64,000 nucleotides of DNA from Hyphomicrobiales bacterium. Lineage in GTDB: Bacteria > Pseudomonadota > Alphaproteobacteria > Rhizobiales > Methyloligellaceae. The position numbers and the translations under genes are program-made. A model generated the notes under the pieces. The model searched no databases and was not told the DNA's origin. It worked only from the letters and a program-made list of their open reading frames with translations. Location of the stretch: positions 10,639-74,638 of the forward strand of contig JAJFHP010000046.1 in the NCBI GenBank assembly GCA_021775555.1. The letters run 5' to 3'. This document shows, piece after piece, positions 1 through 9,446 of this stretch. The stretch's first letter is position 1, and each line of letters begins with the position of its first letter.

Positions 1-26
1 ATTGCCCTTGGGTCGGCCCGAAACGG

Positions 27-1244
27 CTATCCGTCGAAGCGTTTGAAGACGAGTGTGGCGTTGGTGCCGCCAAAACCAAAACTATTGGACATGACACAGT
101 TAATCTCTGAAGTGTCGTCGCGTGCCCGAAGGATCGGCATATCGGCCATATCCTGGTCCAGTTCATCGATATTCGCCGACTCGCACAAAAAGCCATTATT
201 CATCATCACCAGCGAATAAATGGATTCCTGTGCGCCCGTCGCACCAAGGGAGTGGCCGGTCAAAGACTTGGTGGCGCTGATTTTCGGAATGTCATTACCG
301 AACACCTCCCGGATTGCCTCGATCTCGCGTGTGTCGCCAACAGGCGTCGAAGTTCCGTGCGGATTGATATAATCGATTTTACAATCGAGATCCTTCATTG
401 CCATCTTCATGCAGCGCACAGCACCTTCACCCGATGGAGCAACCATGTCGAAGCCGTCTGAGTTGGCGCCATAGCCCGCGATCTCACCATAGATTTTCGC
501 ACCGCGTGCTTTGGCATGTTCCAGTTCTTCCAGAACCAGCACACCCGCGCCACCAGCGATAACGAAGCCGTCGCGGTTGGCATCAAACGCCCGGCTGGCG
601 GTAGCTGGTGTGTCATTGAATTTAGAGGACATGGCGTTCATGCCATCAAACAGAACCGATAGCGACCATTCGAGTTCTTCGCTGCCCCCGGCAAACACAA
701 TGTCCTGCTTGCCCCACTGGATCATCTCGGCCGCATTGCCAATGCAATGAGCGGAGGTGGAGCAGGCTGAGGTGATCGAGTAGTTGACGCCTTTGATATG
801 GAACGGTGTAGCAAGAGTTGCTGATGCTGTTGAGCTCATGGCTTTGGGGACTGCAAACGGGCCGACCTTTTTAGGGCCACGCTCACGTGTTGTATCGGCA
901 GCCCATACGATCGTCTTGGTGGAAGGGCCGCCAGAGCCCATAATCAGGCCGGTGCGCTCATTTGAAACTTCAGAATCCTCAAGACCCGAATCCTGTATCG
1001 CCTGTTCCATGGCAATATAGTTCCATGCCGATCCCTCGCCCATGAAACGGCGCGCCTTGCGGTCAAGGGCTTCTTCCCAGTCCAGTTGAGGTTTGCCGTA
1101 AACTTGGGAGCGGAATCCCAGTTCCTCATATTCAGGCGCCTTGACGATGCCGGACTTGGCTTCGCGCAGCGAGGCCGTCACCTCCTGCACGGTGTTCCCG
1201 ATTGAGGAGACAATCCCCATTCCGGTGACCACAACACGTCTCAT
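27..1244 (-). CDS. fabB: beta-ketoacyl-ACP synthase I
   Basis: 405-aa ORF collinear with E. coli FabB as I remember it ([46 protein letters not shown]). Lies downstream of fabA on the same strand. Confidence 0.95.
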   Translation of the reverse strand: MRRVVVTGMGIVSSIGNTVQEVTASLREAKSGIVKAPEYEELGFRSQVYGKPQLDWEEALDRKARRFMGEGSAWNYIAMEQAIQDSGLEDSEVSNERTGLIMGSGGPSTKTIVWAADTTRERGPKKVGPFAVPKAMSSTASATLATPFHIKGVNYSITSACSTSAHCIGNAAEMIQWGKQDIVFAGGSEELEWSLSVLFDGMNAMSSKFNDTPATASRAFDANRDGFVIAGGAGVLVLEELEHAKARGAKIYGEIAGYGANSDGFDMVAPSGEGAVRCMKMAMKDLDCKIDYINPHGTSTPVGDTREIEAIREVFGNDIPKISATKSLTGHSLGATGAQESIYSLVMMNNGFLCESANIDELDQDMADMPILRARDDTSEINCVMSNSFGFGGTNATLVFKRFDG

Positions 1245-1316
1245 TCACTTTGCCCTTTTAATTAATCCGCCAGCGGCATTTTATGATGATGCGGCAAAAA
1301 ACCACGAGCCTTTTCG

Positions 1317-1838
1317 TTACCCGTTGTCTTTGTCATCTACGAACAGGCCAACGCGCAAATCGGAGGCTGTGTATATCGGCTCTCCATCCGCCTTAAGCAC
1401 ACCATCGCCAACGCCGATTGTGAATCCGCGGCTGATCAGACGCCTGAGTTCAACCACATACTCGACCTTCGAGACAGCGGGTGTGACCATGCCGGAAAAT
1501 TTGACTTCGCCGACACTGAGCGCGCGGCCCCTGCCTGGAGCTCCGGTCCAACCAAGGAAAAAGCCCGTCAGCTGCCACAGGGCGTCCAGTCCGAGGCAGC
1601 CCGGCATCACCGGATCCCCTTTGAAATGGCAGGGGAAAAACCACAAGTCGGGCTTGATATCGAACTCCGCGACGATAATTCCTTTGCCGTGCTCGCCGCC
1701 GTTTTCCTCAACCTTTGTAATGCGATCAAACATCAGCATAGGGGGCAAAGGCAATTTCGCGTTGCCCTCACCAAACATCTCGCCGCGTCCGCAAGCGAGC
1801 AAATCTTCATATTCGTAACTGGAGGGGCGCTCAGACAT
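1317..1838 (-). CDS. fabA: 3-hydroxydecanoyl-ACP dehydratase/isomerase
   Basis: 173-aa ORF with FabA-like N-terminus ([26 protein letters not shown]) and hot-dog core ([24 protein letters not shown]). Forms a fabA-fabB pair. Confidence 0.93.
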   Translation of the reverse strand: MSERPSSYEYEDLLACGRGEMFGEGNAKLPLPPMLMFDRITKVEENGGEHGKGIIVAEFDIKPDLWFFPCHFKGDPVMPGCLGLDALWQLTGFFLGWTGAPGRGRALSVGEVKFSGMVTPAVSKVEYVVELRRLISRGFTIGVGDGVLKADGEPIYTASDLRVGLFVDDKDNG

Positions 1839-2027
1839 ATGTTTTTCCCGCAGGCTAAATGCGGTGCCGCTAGCTGTTGATTTGTCCCGTTACCTAACAC
1901 ACTCCTGTGAGCATCAAAAGACTGTCTTGCGCTTTGTCCGGGGGGGTGCGTCAACCATACCACTGCGGCCATATTGCGGGACACGAAAGAAAAAGATAAT
2001 GTCTGCTTCGAAAGATATGAGCTGAAT

Positions 2028-2459
2028 ATGGATTTAGCGGATATGTCGCACCAATTTCTCGATGTGAATGTTCCTGACGTTCTGCGCGACGCAGGCTTGC
2101 GCCCGACGCGTCAGCGTGTTGCGCTGGCTGAACTCCTGTTTGCCAAGGGTGACCGCCATTTGACGGCGGAGCGGTTGCATGAGGAAGCTTTGAGTAGCGA
2201 CGTTCAGGTTTCGCTTGCCACCGTTTACAACACGCTGCACCAGTTTACCGAGGCGGGGCTGCTTCGCGAGGTGGCGGTCGAAGGGTCAAAGACATATTTC
2301 GATACCAATACGTCCAACCACTATCACTTCTTTTTCGAGCCCGAGGGTGTCCTGATGGACATCCCGACCGAGAATCTCACCATTCAGGGCCTGCCGGAAC
2401 TTCCTGAAGGGATGAAAGTCTCTCAGGTTGATGTGCTCGTCAGGCTTGTCGAAAAGTAA
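2028..2459 (+). CDS. irr: Fur-family iron response regulator (Irr-like)
   Basis: Winged-helix Fur signature (GLRPTRQRVALAELLF, DRHLTAERLHEEA) plus an HxH motif (NHYHFFFE) as in Irr. Divergent from fabA. The ORF opens at 1974; I set the start to ATG 2028. Confidence 0.75.
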   Translation: MDLADMSHQFLDVNVPDVLRDAGLRPTRQRVALAELLFAKGDRHLTAERLHEEALSSDVQVSLATVYNTLHQFTEAGLLREVAVEGSKTYFDTNTSNHYHFFFEPEGVLMDIPTENLTIQGLPELPEGMKVSQVDVLVRLVEK

Positions 2460-2462
2460 GCC

Positions 2463-3047
2463 TCACTTCAATTCTTCGCTGCGATAAACGCCCCAGAGGC
2501 GTTCCTGTTCTATCCAGCCGGAGTAATTGCTAACGGTGAAATTACACCAGCTTCCATCGCATGTATGTATGGACCCCAGGACTCCAGGTTCAAGTTGTGC
2601 AACCGGATCGGCACTCTTTGAGGCGTCATCAAGCAGGGCAATAGCCTGACGTTTTTTTACCCATGGCATGATCAGCGCGGTACGCCGGCCTGAAAGCAAG
2701 GCATGGAATACCCAGCCTTCGGACCCTTCACTGTCGCGTATCTGACGCCAGTTCTCGAACTCGGCGATTACCTCAACCGGTAATCCGGCGCGTGAAAACA
2801 CCCATGCCACTGCATGTTCGGTGCTCGGGCCCTTGCGCACATTCACGCGGTTGGATTTGAGCGAAACGAACCGTGGCACCTGCAGGCCACTGGCGCCCAG
2901 TTTCACAGAAGCCTGACGCTGTTTATCCTTCGCTTCCAGACCCGGAATACCGATCATCGCCAGTAATCCTGTGGCGCCAAGCAGGGCCCTAAAATATTTC
3001 AATGCGTTCACGTATCCTCTGCTTCTGATATGCTTGTTTCTCGTCAT
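2463..3047 (-). CDS. SH3b/DUF1058-like secreted protein
   Basis: Signal-like N-terminus (LLGATGLLAMIGIPGLEA) followed by a bacterial SH3-like pattern (VPRFVSLKSNRVNVRKGP...WVF..AGLPVEVIAEFENWRQIRDSEGSEGWV). The start is uncertain; the ORF extends to 3125. Confidence 0.6.
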   Translation of the reverse strand: MTRNKHIRSRGYVNALKYFRALLGATGLLAMIGIPGLEAKDKQRQASVKLGASGLQVPRFVSLKSNRVNVRKGPSTEHAVAWVFSRAGLPVEVIAEFENWRQIRDSEGSEGWVFHALLSGRRTALIMPWVKKRQAIALLDDASKSADPVAQLEPGVLGSIHTCDGSWCNFTVSNYSGWIEQERLWGVYRSEELK

Positions 3048-3205
3048 TCGAACCGCATCCGTTTCCATTGCCCATGGTTGCGGCAAAATGATGAACGGAA
3101 GATAGCGATTCTGGCGATAAGTCACTTTGTTTTATACCACCCCTTCTGATAGACAAGGCGGCGCACGAATATGGGTTCAGTTCCAAAACTAGGTGGAGAA
3201 GCGGG

Positions 3206-4198
3206 ATGAGTGACAAAAAACCGCTGGTGGTCGTAACCCGCAGGTTGCCCGATGTTGTGGAAACGCGCATGCGGGAGCTGTTCGACGCGCAGCTCAATAT
3301 CGACGATCATCCCATGTCCCGTGATGAACTTATCGCTGCGATGGGCAAGGCGCAGGTGCTGGTTCCGACCGTGACCGACCGCATTGACTCAGGCGTGCTG
3401 TCCCAGGCTGGCGAGCAGTTAAAGCTGATCGCAAATTTCGGCACCGGCGTGGATAATGTCGATCTGGAAACAGCGCGCAACCGGGGTATCATAGTCACCA
3501 ACACCCCCGGGGTGCTGACCGAGGACACCGCCGATATGACCATGGCGCTGATCCTGGCCGTGCCGCGGAGGCTGGCGGAAGGTGCTATTTTCCTCAAGGA
3601 TGATAAAGACAAATGGGACGGCTGGTCGCCCACATGGATGCTTGGCCACCGCATTACCGGCAAGCGCCTTGGCATCATTGGCATGGGTCGCATCGGCCAG
3701 GCGGTGGCACGCCGGGCCAAGCCGTTTGGCCTGCAAATCCATTACCACAACCGGCACAAGGTGGCGCCGGAGATCGAGCAGGAGCTTGAGGCAACCTATT
3801 GGGATAGTCTCGACCAGATGCTGGCGCGAATGGACATTATCTCTGTCAATTGCCCGCACACGCCCGCCACTTATCATCTGCTGTCGTCGCGGCGTTTGAA
3901 ACTTCTCAAACCCAGTGCGTATCTCGTCAACACCGCGCGCGGCGAAGTGATCGATGAAAATGCATTGGCCCGGTTGGTCGAGGAGGAACAGATCGCCGGC
4001 GCTGGCCTTGACGTGTTCGAGCATGAACCAGCGGTCAATCCCAAGCTGTTGCACAACAAACATGTGATAGTTCTGCCGCATCTGGCCTCGGCCACCCTGG
4101 AGGGCCGCGTAGATATGGGCGAAAAGGTCATCATCAACATCAAGACCTTCTTCGACGGGCACTCGCCGCCGGACCGGGTTCACCCTGCCATGCTGTAG
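3206..4198 (+). CDS. D-isomer-specific 2-hydroxyacid dehydrogenase (glyoxylate/hydroxypyruvate reductase-like)
   Basis: 330 aa. NAD fold GIIGMGRIGQAVARRA and catalytic-region motifs (NTARG, LDVFEHEP, PHLASAT). Confidence 0.85.
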   Translation: MSDKKPLVVVTRRLPDVVETRMRELFDAQLNIDDHPMSRDELIAAMGKAQVLVPTVTDRIDSGVLSQAGEQLKLIANFGTGVDNVDLETARNRGIIVTNTPGVLTEDTADMTMALILAVPRRLAEGAIFLKDDKDKWDGWSPTWMLGHRITGKRLGIIGMGRIGQAVARRAKPFGLQIHYHNRHKVAPEIEQELEATYWDSLDQMLARMDIISVNCPHTPATYHLLSSRRLKLLKPSAYLVNTARGEVIDENALARLVEEEQIAGAGLDVFEHEPAVNPKLLHNKHVIVLPHLASATLEGRVDMGEKVIINIKTFFDGHSPPDRVHPAML

Positions 4199-4388
4199 TG
4201 CAAAAACCTGATTTGTTTTCGCTTTTCCCCCGTAATCGGACAGAAATTTGTATACCCTGGAATGTCCGCTTTATGACATTGGCGGGGATCGAGCCATGGG
4301 ATATCGACCAACGATCTCATTTGCATAAAGCTAGCTGTCAGCCCATTTCCGGTTTCGCATTGATGAGCCCACGTAGTGGACTATGCGT

Positions 4389-4787
4389 TCACACACCAAG
4401 CTGCTTGTGCAGCCGCGCATCCTTCGTCTTGAAGTGGTTGACGAACCAGTCACGCACGGCAGCGGCGAGTGCCTTTTTGTAATCCGTATCGGTGCCTGCA
4501 TCGAAATCATCCATGATGTCGCGCAGATCATCGAGCAGCTTTTCATGGTCGGCCTTGTGGTCGGCATACTCGTCATAGGCATGCTTTCGCATCACGGTTT
4601 CTTCCAGCGCGAAATGGGCTGAGATTTTTGCAAACACTTCGCCTAGAAATCCGTTCACCGTCTCGCGCGGCGCGTTGGCTCCGATCTGGTCATGCAGTTC
4701 GTTGATGAGCTCGATCAGTTCCTGGTGTTCGTGGTCCACCTCGGCCACACCAGTTTCGAATTCTTTTCGCCATTCAATCAGGGTCAT
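4389..4787 (-). CDS. bacteriohemerythrin
   Basis: 132 aa. Begins IEWRKEFETGVAEVDHEHQELI. Di-iron ligand pattern is intact (HEHQE, HFALEE, HKADHEKL, NHFKTKD). Last gene of the oxidase operon. Confidence 0.85.
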   Translation of the reverse strand: MTLIEWRKEFETGVAEVDHEHQELIELINELHDQIGANAPRETVNGFLGEVFAKISAHFALEETVMRKHAYDEYADHKADHEKLLDDLRDIMDDFDAGTDTDYKKALAAAVRDWFVNHFKTKDARLHKQLGV

Positions 4788-4796
4788 GTCTCTCTC

Positions 4797-5300
4797 CTAC
4801 CGGAAAATAAACCCGCCGGCATCGGCCTTGAAGTCAATTGCGATATTTTGTCCTTCAGCCAGAAACACCTCACGGCGGGTTTCATAGTCAAACCCTTCCG
4901 TGCTGCGGCTGTCGCGCAACCTTGCAATAACGATATGCGCTCCCGGTTCGACCGGAAATTTGCGGTAAATCCGCGCCGGGCCATCGCCCGCCAACCCGAT
5001 CGGCTCAAGAAGCGCATCAAGTAACCGGGTTCCGTCGACATCAAGCTGAACATGCACCGCTACACGTTTGCGCTCACAGTTGTTCGGGCGGCGTTCATTG
5101 GGCGGGAGCTTGGCAATTTCCTTCGATGTCAGCCGGCTGCAGGCCTTTTCGCGCCTGGCGCCATGGGCAAAGCTGAGCTTGAGCTGCGCCATGCCTTCGG
5201 GAAACTGCTGATAAACCGGGGTGGTTGCGAAATACCCGATCAGCACAGCAACCATGGCATAAAACACTCCCTGCCCGGCAAACTGAAGAAGCCTAACCAT
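4797..5300 (-). CDS. hypothetical single-pass membrane protein (oxidase operon member)
   Basis: Start taken at MVRLLQF (ATG 5300), which overlaps the upstream stop by 8 nt. One N-terminal TM (GVFYAMVAVLIGYFATT) followed by a beta-rich soluble domain. No family recognised. Confidence 0.55.
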   Translation of the reverse strand: MVRLLQFAGQGVFYAMVAVLIGYFATTPVYQQFPEGMAQLKLSFAHGARREKACSRLTSKEIAKLPPNERRPNNCERKRVAVHVQLDVDGTRLLDALLEPIGLAGDGPARIYRKFPVEPGAHIVIARLRDSRSTEGFDYETRREVFLAEGQNIAIDFKADAGGFIFR

Positions 5301-6876
5301 CTGCCAGCTCCATGAGTTTTTTCCGCTCAGACGCCTTGTGGACAGGCGATTTTTCTGCCGGGAGCGCCGCGAGATCATCCGTAAAGTTACGCAACAGCGT
5401 GTCCAGCTTATCCCGCCCCGCACGGCCCGCCCAGAGGACACGAAGTCTTTCGCGCGGGACGCGCCTGCGCAGTTGCGGGTCGCGTTCACGTGCAACCCGT
5501 GCGTCGGTCCAACGCGCACCGAAGCGCGCATGGCAGCTATTCTCGGAACACCCCGTCAGGACAACACCGTCAGCAAATTTTTTTGAAAGTACATAGTCGA
5601 TAAAGGAGGGCGGAAGCTGCCCGATACAGCGCATCGATATTGAGCGCACATTTTCCTGCTTCAAACCGGACATGGATACGCCATGGTTGCAGCCAAACAT
5701 CAGGATGCGATTTTTCCCCTTAAATGGCTGACATATTTTTTCGACCTCCTGGCGCAGGTCCGCTACCGTTCTCTCTGGCAAGTCAATGCCCGATACGAGC
5801 TCAGACGCGCGACGGAATGGCGTCGCCGTGGGGCACGCCCCGACGCAAATCCCGCAGGAGACACACATTGACGGGTCAACCACCGCTTCACTCTCGAACG
5901 GCAAACCATCGCTCCGCACGCGCATGGATATGGCGTTATAGGGACAATCGTTGGCGCAGCGTGTGCAACCATTGCAATTTTCCAGATTGACCTCCGCCAC
6001 CGGCGTCTTGCGCATGGGTGGAAGCCAGGGAATGGAGCAGAACAGAACCAGGATAACGCCAGCACCGCCCCAGGTCAGAGGTCCGGGCAAAGTTTCCAAT
6101 ATTGGATAGAGCGGCAGATAGAACCAGTCGAGACCGATCGTTCCCGGCACCCTCGCTAGGTCCGCTGGACCCTGACTGACCGCAGGATGGATGAGTGACA
6201 ACAGCAGCAGGGAAGCCATGACGCCGATCGCCAGGCCGCGTGGCGGATTGATGCGCGGTTTGGAAACACGCTGCAAATGCACCCAAAGCAGAATGAGCGC
6301 GATCAGCGGAATAGCGATGTGCATGAACACCATCAGGCTGAAAAACCGGCTCTCGAGCATATCGGGTGAAAGGAAATTGCGCGCGATCGGCTCTCCGAAG
6401 ATCGGCAGATGATCGAGCCATTCGGTGGTGACAATGGCCACATATTGGGCCAACTGGTCCCACACCATCCAGTAGCCTGTGATACCCGCAATATAGACCA
6501 ATATCAGGACCACCACCCCGGTAATCCAGCTGAACCAGCGCACGCCGCGATACCGGTCGAGTGAGAATTCGCGGATGAAATGCAGCAGCATGACGACGAT
6601 CAGGCCATCCGACGCATAGCGATGCAGCGAGCGCATGACACCCGCCGCATACCACTGGTCATGGGTCATATATTCGATGGAGTCATAGGCCTGCGTTACG
6701 CCTGTATCGAAGAAGGCATACACGTAGATGCCGCTGGCTGTGATGATCCAGTAGAAGAAAAATCCGAGCGCTCCAAGATTGAGCATCGGGTTCCATTCCG
6801 GCGGGAAGATGAGGCCGAGCCCTTGCTCGGCCCGGTCAAATACGAACCGTAAAGGCGCACGAAGGAGCTCCATCAT
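5293..6876 (-). CDS. fusion protein: di-heme cytochrome b domain + 2x[4Fe-4S] ferredoxin + MvhD/FlpD-like domain
   Basis: Two His-x13-His pairs (SLHRYASDGLIVVMLLH, FMHIAIPLIALILLWVH). Two cluster motifs (CNGCTRCANDCP, CVSCGICVGACP). C-terminal ILMFGCNHG...MRCIGQ...VVLTGCSENSCH. The ATG at 6876 overlaps the SenC stop (ATGA). Confidence 0.75.
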   Translation of the reverse strand: MMELLRAPLRFVFDRAEQGLGLIFPPEWNPMLNLGALGFFFYWIITASGIYVYAFFDTGVTQAYDSIEYMTHDQWYAAGVMRSLHRYASDGLIVVMLLHFIREFSLDRYRGVRWFSWITGVVVLILVYIAGITGYWMVWDQLAQYVAIVTTEWLDHLPIFGEPIARNFLSPDMLESRFFSLMVFMHIAIPLIALILLWVHLQRVSKPRINPPRGLAIGVMASLLLLSLIHPAVSQGPADLARVPGTIGLDWFYLPLYPILETLPGPLTWGGAGVILVLFCSIPWLPPMRKTPVAEVNLENCNGCTRCANDCPYNAISMRVRSDGLPFESEAVVDPSMCVSCGICVGACPTATPFRRASELVSGIDLPERTVADLRQEVEKICQPFKGKNRILMFGCNHGVSMSGLKQENVRSISMRCIGQLPPSFIDYVLSKKFADGVVLTGCSENSCHARFGARWTDARVARERDPQLRRRVPRERLRVLWAGRAGRDKLDTLLRNFTDDLAALPAEKSPVHKASERKKLMELADG

Positions 6877-7670
6877 GCACGCCCGGTCTGGCCCGGAGGC
6901 GGGCGGCGCCATTCACGAACAAGGAAGGTGAGAATGAGGCTCAGGCATAACAGGCCGATGGCTATCCCCACGAAAATCGAATAGTCGAAAATATAGCGGC
7001 CCGTATTGGGATCATAGACCGTGCAGAACAGTTTGATCCGGTCGATGACATTTTGCACGGACGCTACCGGAGAAAAACGGCCAAACACGAGATCTTTTAA
7101 TGGCTCGATGATGACCGGTGGCTCGAATATAGCGCCGTAAACCTGCTGGTAGAGCTTGCCGTCCTTGTCGACCAGGCTGACCTGCGCCAGATGGTCGAAT
7201 CCGCCCGGACGGCTGTAAAAGGCGAAGCCGAGCGCGCTCGCCAGCGCATCGAGATTTTCCTGATCCGCGGCAAGGAAACGCCAGTTAGGCAGATCGACGC
7301 CGCGCTCACGCGCCAGAAGGCGCATGCGCTCTGGCGTATCGGACCTGACATCGAACCCCACCGTGATGACGTTAAAGCTGTCATCCCCAAGCGCTGCCTG
7401 GGCCTCCTGCACAGCCGGGTAAAGCGACTCGATGAGTGTCGGGCAGACATCGGCGCAACTGGTATAAACCAGCGTCACCAGCAGCGGCTTGCCACGGAAC
7501 TGCCTGATTGGCACGGACACCCCCTTCGGGTTGGTCAGGACCACATCGGGTAGCGGGGTGCCAAGCGCCGCCTGAGACGTCTTGAGGGCCCGTTCTGCCT
7601 TGTCGCTTTCCTGTGCCGGCGCGGCGATAACGCCGGCGACCAGCATGACAAGGACCAGGAGCGCTCTCAT
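6873..7670 (-). CDS. senC: SCO1/SenC copper chaperone family protein with C-terminal TM anchor
   Basis: Signal peptide MRALLVLVMLVAGVIAAPA. Thioredoxin-fold CxxxC (YTSCADVCPT). C-terminal hydrophobic helix (IFVGIAIGLLCLSLILTFLV). Confidence 0.85.
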   Translation of the reverse strand: MRALLVLVMLVAGVIAAPAQESDKAERALKTSQAALGTPLPDVVLTNPKGVSVPIRQFRGKPLLVTLVYTSCADVCPTLIESLYPAVQEAQAALGDDSFNVITVGFDVRSDTPERMRLLARERGVDLPNWRFLAADQENLDALASALGFAFYSRPGGFDHLAQVSLVDKDGKLYQQVYGAIFEPPVIIEPLKDLVFGRFSPVASVQNVIDRIKLFCTVYDPNTGRYIFDYSIFVGIAIGLLCLSLILTFLVREWRRPPPGQTGRA

Positions 7671-7691
7671 ATGAGGTGCCTTCCTAGTGGC

Positions 7692-9428
7692 CTAACCCAG
7701 CGGCCAGATTTCGGACAGATACTTCCAGTTCACGAAATAGTAGAGAACGAAAGAGACAAAGAATACCGAAATCAGGATGTAGGTGCCGGGTAAATTCCAT
7801 GTGCCCGCGCTGCCATATTCCTTGATGGCAGAGCTGACCTGCTTCTGCGGCATCGGCCCGAGGGCCGCGACGATGTTGCTTCCATCGACCTTCTTGCCGA
7901 ACAGCACGGTGCCGACGGTGATGAGAATATAGAGCGCACCGCCCACAGAGGCGACAATCGCGAAAATGCCATTTAGACCCATCATCAGGAATGCCGTTGC
8001 CGGATAGTCAAATGTTATTGACGCGTCCGAGAAGGTGATGTCCCAGTGACGGCGCGACACGCCAAGCGTCCCCGCACCCATCATGAAGAGCGAGATACCG
8101 GCAGCACCCAGTCCGAACAGGTAGGGCTGTATTTTCGCCAGTTTCGGCCAGATCACCTCGCGCTGGAAAATCAGCGGCAGGACCAGGTAGGTCATCGCCA
8201 TGAAGGCCAGCGTCGTTCCGCAAACAACAGTCGCGTGGAAGTGGCCTGGTACATAAATCGTATTGTGCAGCATCAGGTTGATCTGCTCGGTGCCAAGCAC
8301 GACACCAGAAATGCCGCCAAGGAACCCGAACAGGGTCAGCGACAGGAACATGCCGGAGAATGCCGGGTTGCCCCATGGCGCCTTGCGGAGCCATTCAAAT
8401 ACGCCGTTCATATAACCGTTTCTGCGTTGTGCTGCTTCAATAGCCCCCGGTATGGTCATGCCGTGGATCATGCTGCCCAGCACCGCCAGGTACAAAGCGT
8501 ATGAAGTATTGAAAATACGCCATTCAGCACTCAGCCCCGGCTCCACAAGAAGATGATGCGCACTGGCGAGTTGCAGGAACAGGATGTAGAGGAAAAAGGC
8601 CGTACGGCTGACTTTTTCCGACAAAGGCTTGGCGCCTACAGTGATGGCGGCGATCGCGTACCAGATCGAGACCTGTGCGGCCATGTTGATCTGCTGCGAG
8701 GAATGCCCCATGCCCCACCAGATCACCTTGTACATCACGGAATCGATGTGGGAGATGTAGCCGACCGACCACAGGAATGTCGGGACCAGTATGATCGCGC
8801 CACTGGCAAGAGTGAAAACAGCGATGATCGCTGCGACAATGGCGCCGAAGGTTACCAGCGGAACGGAACCTTCATAGGTTTGCTCCTCCTTGGCGATCAC
8901 CAGCGTTCCAAAGAACACAATAGTGCCCAGCAGCGCCCCGACCGCGAACAGGATCAAGCCCAAATAGAAATGTGGTGCCGCCTTCATGGGCACGTAACTG
9001 GTGAACATGACGCTGCTATCGCCTTGCAGCACGGCCACATTGGTCATCAGCCCGCCAAACAGCATCAGCCCAAAAGCAGCCCATGCCACCTTGGGTGCGG
9101 CAAGTCTGCAATTCAGGAGTATCGATGAGGCAAAATAGAGCACCGCCATTTCAAAAAAGATGATCCACAGCAACAGAACATCCAGCCCGTGAGCGGTCAG
9201 GACAAGGTAGAACCAGTCACTGGGAAGCAAATGAACTGCCGGCCAGCGCGTAAGCGCCACCAAGAGCCCGAATATTCCACCAATAAGCAGGAATACCACG
9301 GCCGCAACTGCATTGGCCTTGATGAGATTTTGCGCTGCAAGATCAACTTTCAGGCCAGTGGCCGGACATGTGCGGAATTTTGCGGCGATACCGCCCATAA
9401 TCCCGGTTTCAGCTGTCGCGATAGACAT
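7692..9428 (-). CDS. heme-copper oxidase superfamily subunit I, Tyr-less (NO-reductase-like)
   Basis: 578 aa, polytopic. Canonical His ligands are present (LTAHG; WWGMGH; SAHHLL; PGHFHATV). Helix VI reads GHSSQQ instead of GHPxVY. Confidence 0.8.
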   Translation of the reverse strand: MSIATAETGIMGGIAAKFRTCPATGLKVDLAAQNLIKANAVAAVVFLLIGGIFGLLVALTRWPAVHLLPSDWFYLVLTAHGLDVLLLWIIFFEMAVLYFASSILLNCRLAAPKVAWAAFGLMLFGGLMTNVAVLQGDSSVMFTSYVPMKAAPHFYLGLILFAVGALLGTIVFFGTLVIAKEEQTYEGSVPLVTFGAIVAAIIAVFTLASGAIILVPTFLWSVGYISHIDSVMYKVIWWGMGHSSQQINMAAQVSIWYAIAAITVGAKPLSEKVSRTAFFLYILFLQLASAHHLLVEPGLSAEWRIFNTSYALYLAVLGSMIHGMTIPGAIEAAQRRNGYMNGVFEWLRKAPWGNPAFSGMFLSLTLFGFLGGISGVVLGTEQINLMLHNTIYVPGHFHATVVCGTTLAFMAMTYLVLPLIFQREVIWPKLAKIQPYLFGLGAAGISLFMMGAGTLGVSRRHWDITFSDASITFDYPATAFLMMGLNGIFAIVASVGGALYILITVGTVLFGKKVDGSNIVAALGPMPQKQVSSAIKEYGSAGTWNLPGTYILISVFFVSFVLYYFVNWKYLSEIWPLG

Positions 9429-9446
9429 TATTGTGCCCTTTCCCCG

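Noticed and set aside
4270-4345. tRNA-like fragment TGGCGGGGATCGAGCC... downstream of the hemerythrin gene. It could have marked the far end of an island integrated at a tRNA.
   Set aside because: I could not fold a T arm or an acceptor stem from it, and it shares no repeat with the 3' end of tRNA-Thr at 10319-10394.
4797-5531. Long N-terminal extensions offered by the ORF track. Examples are 4797-5531, 40612-41397, 27018-27593, 27794-28810 and 61310-62647.
   Set aside because: The extensions overlap the upstream gene or intergenic DNA and encode Arg/Ser-rich junk. Internal ATGs with RBS-like sequences or ATGA/TGATG couplings give family-typical N-termini, so shorter coordinates were used.
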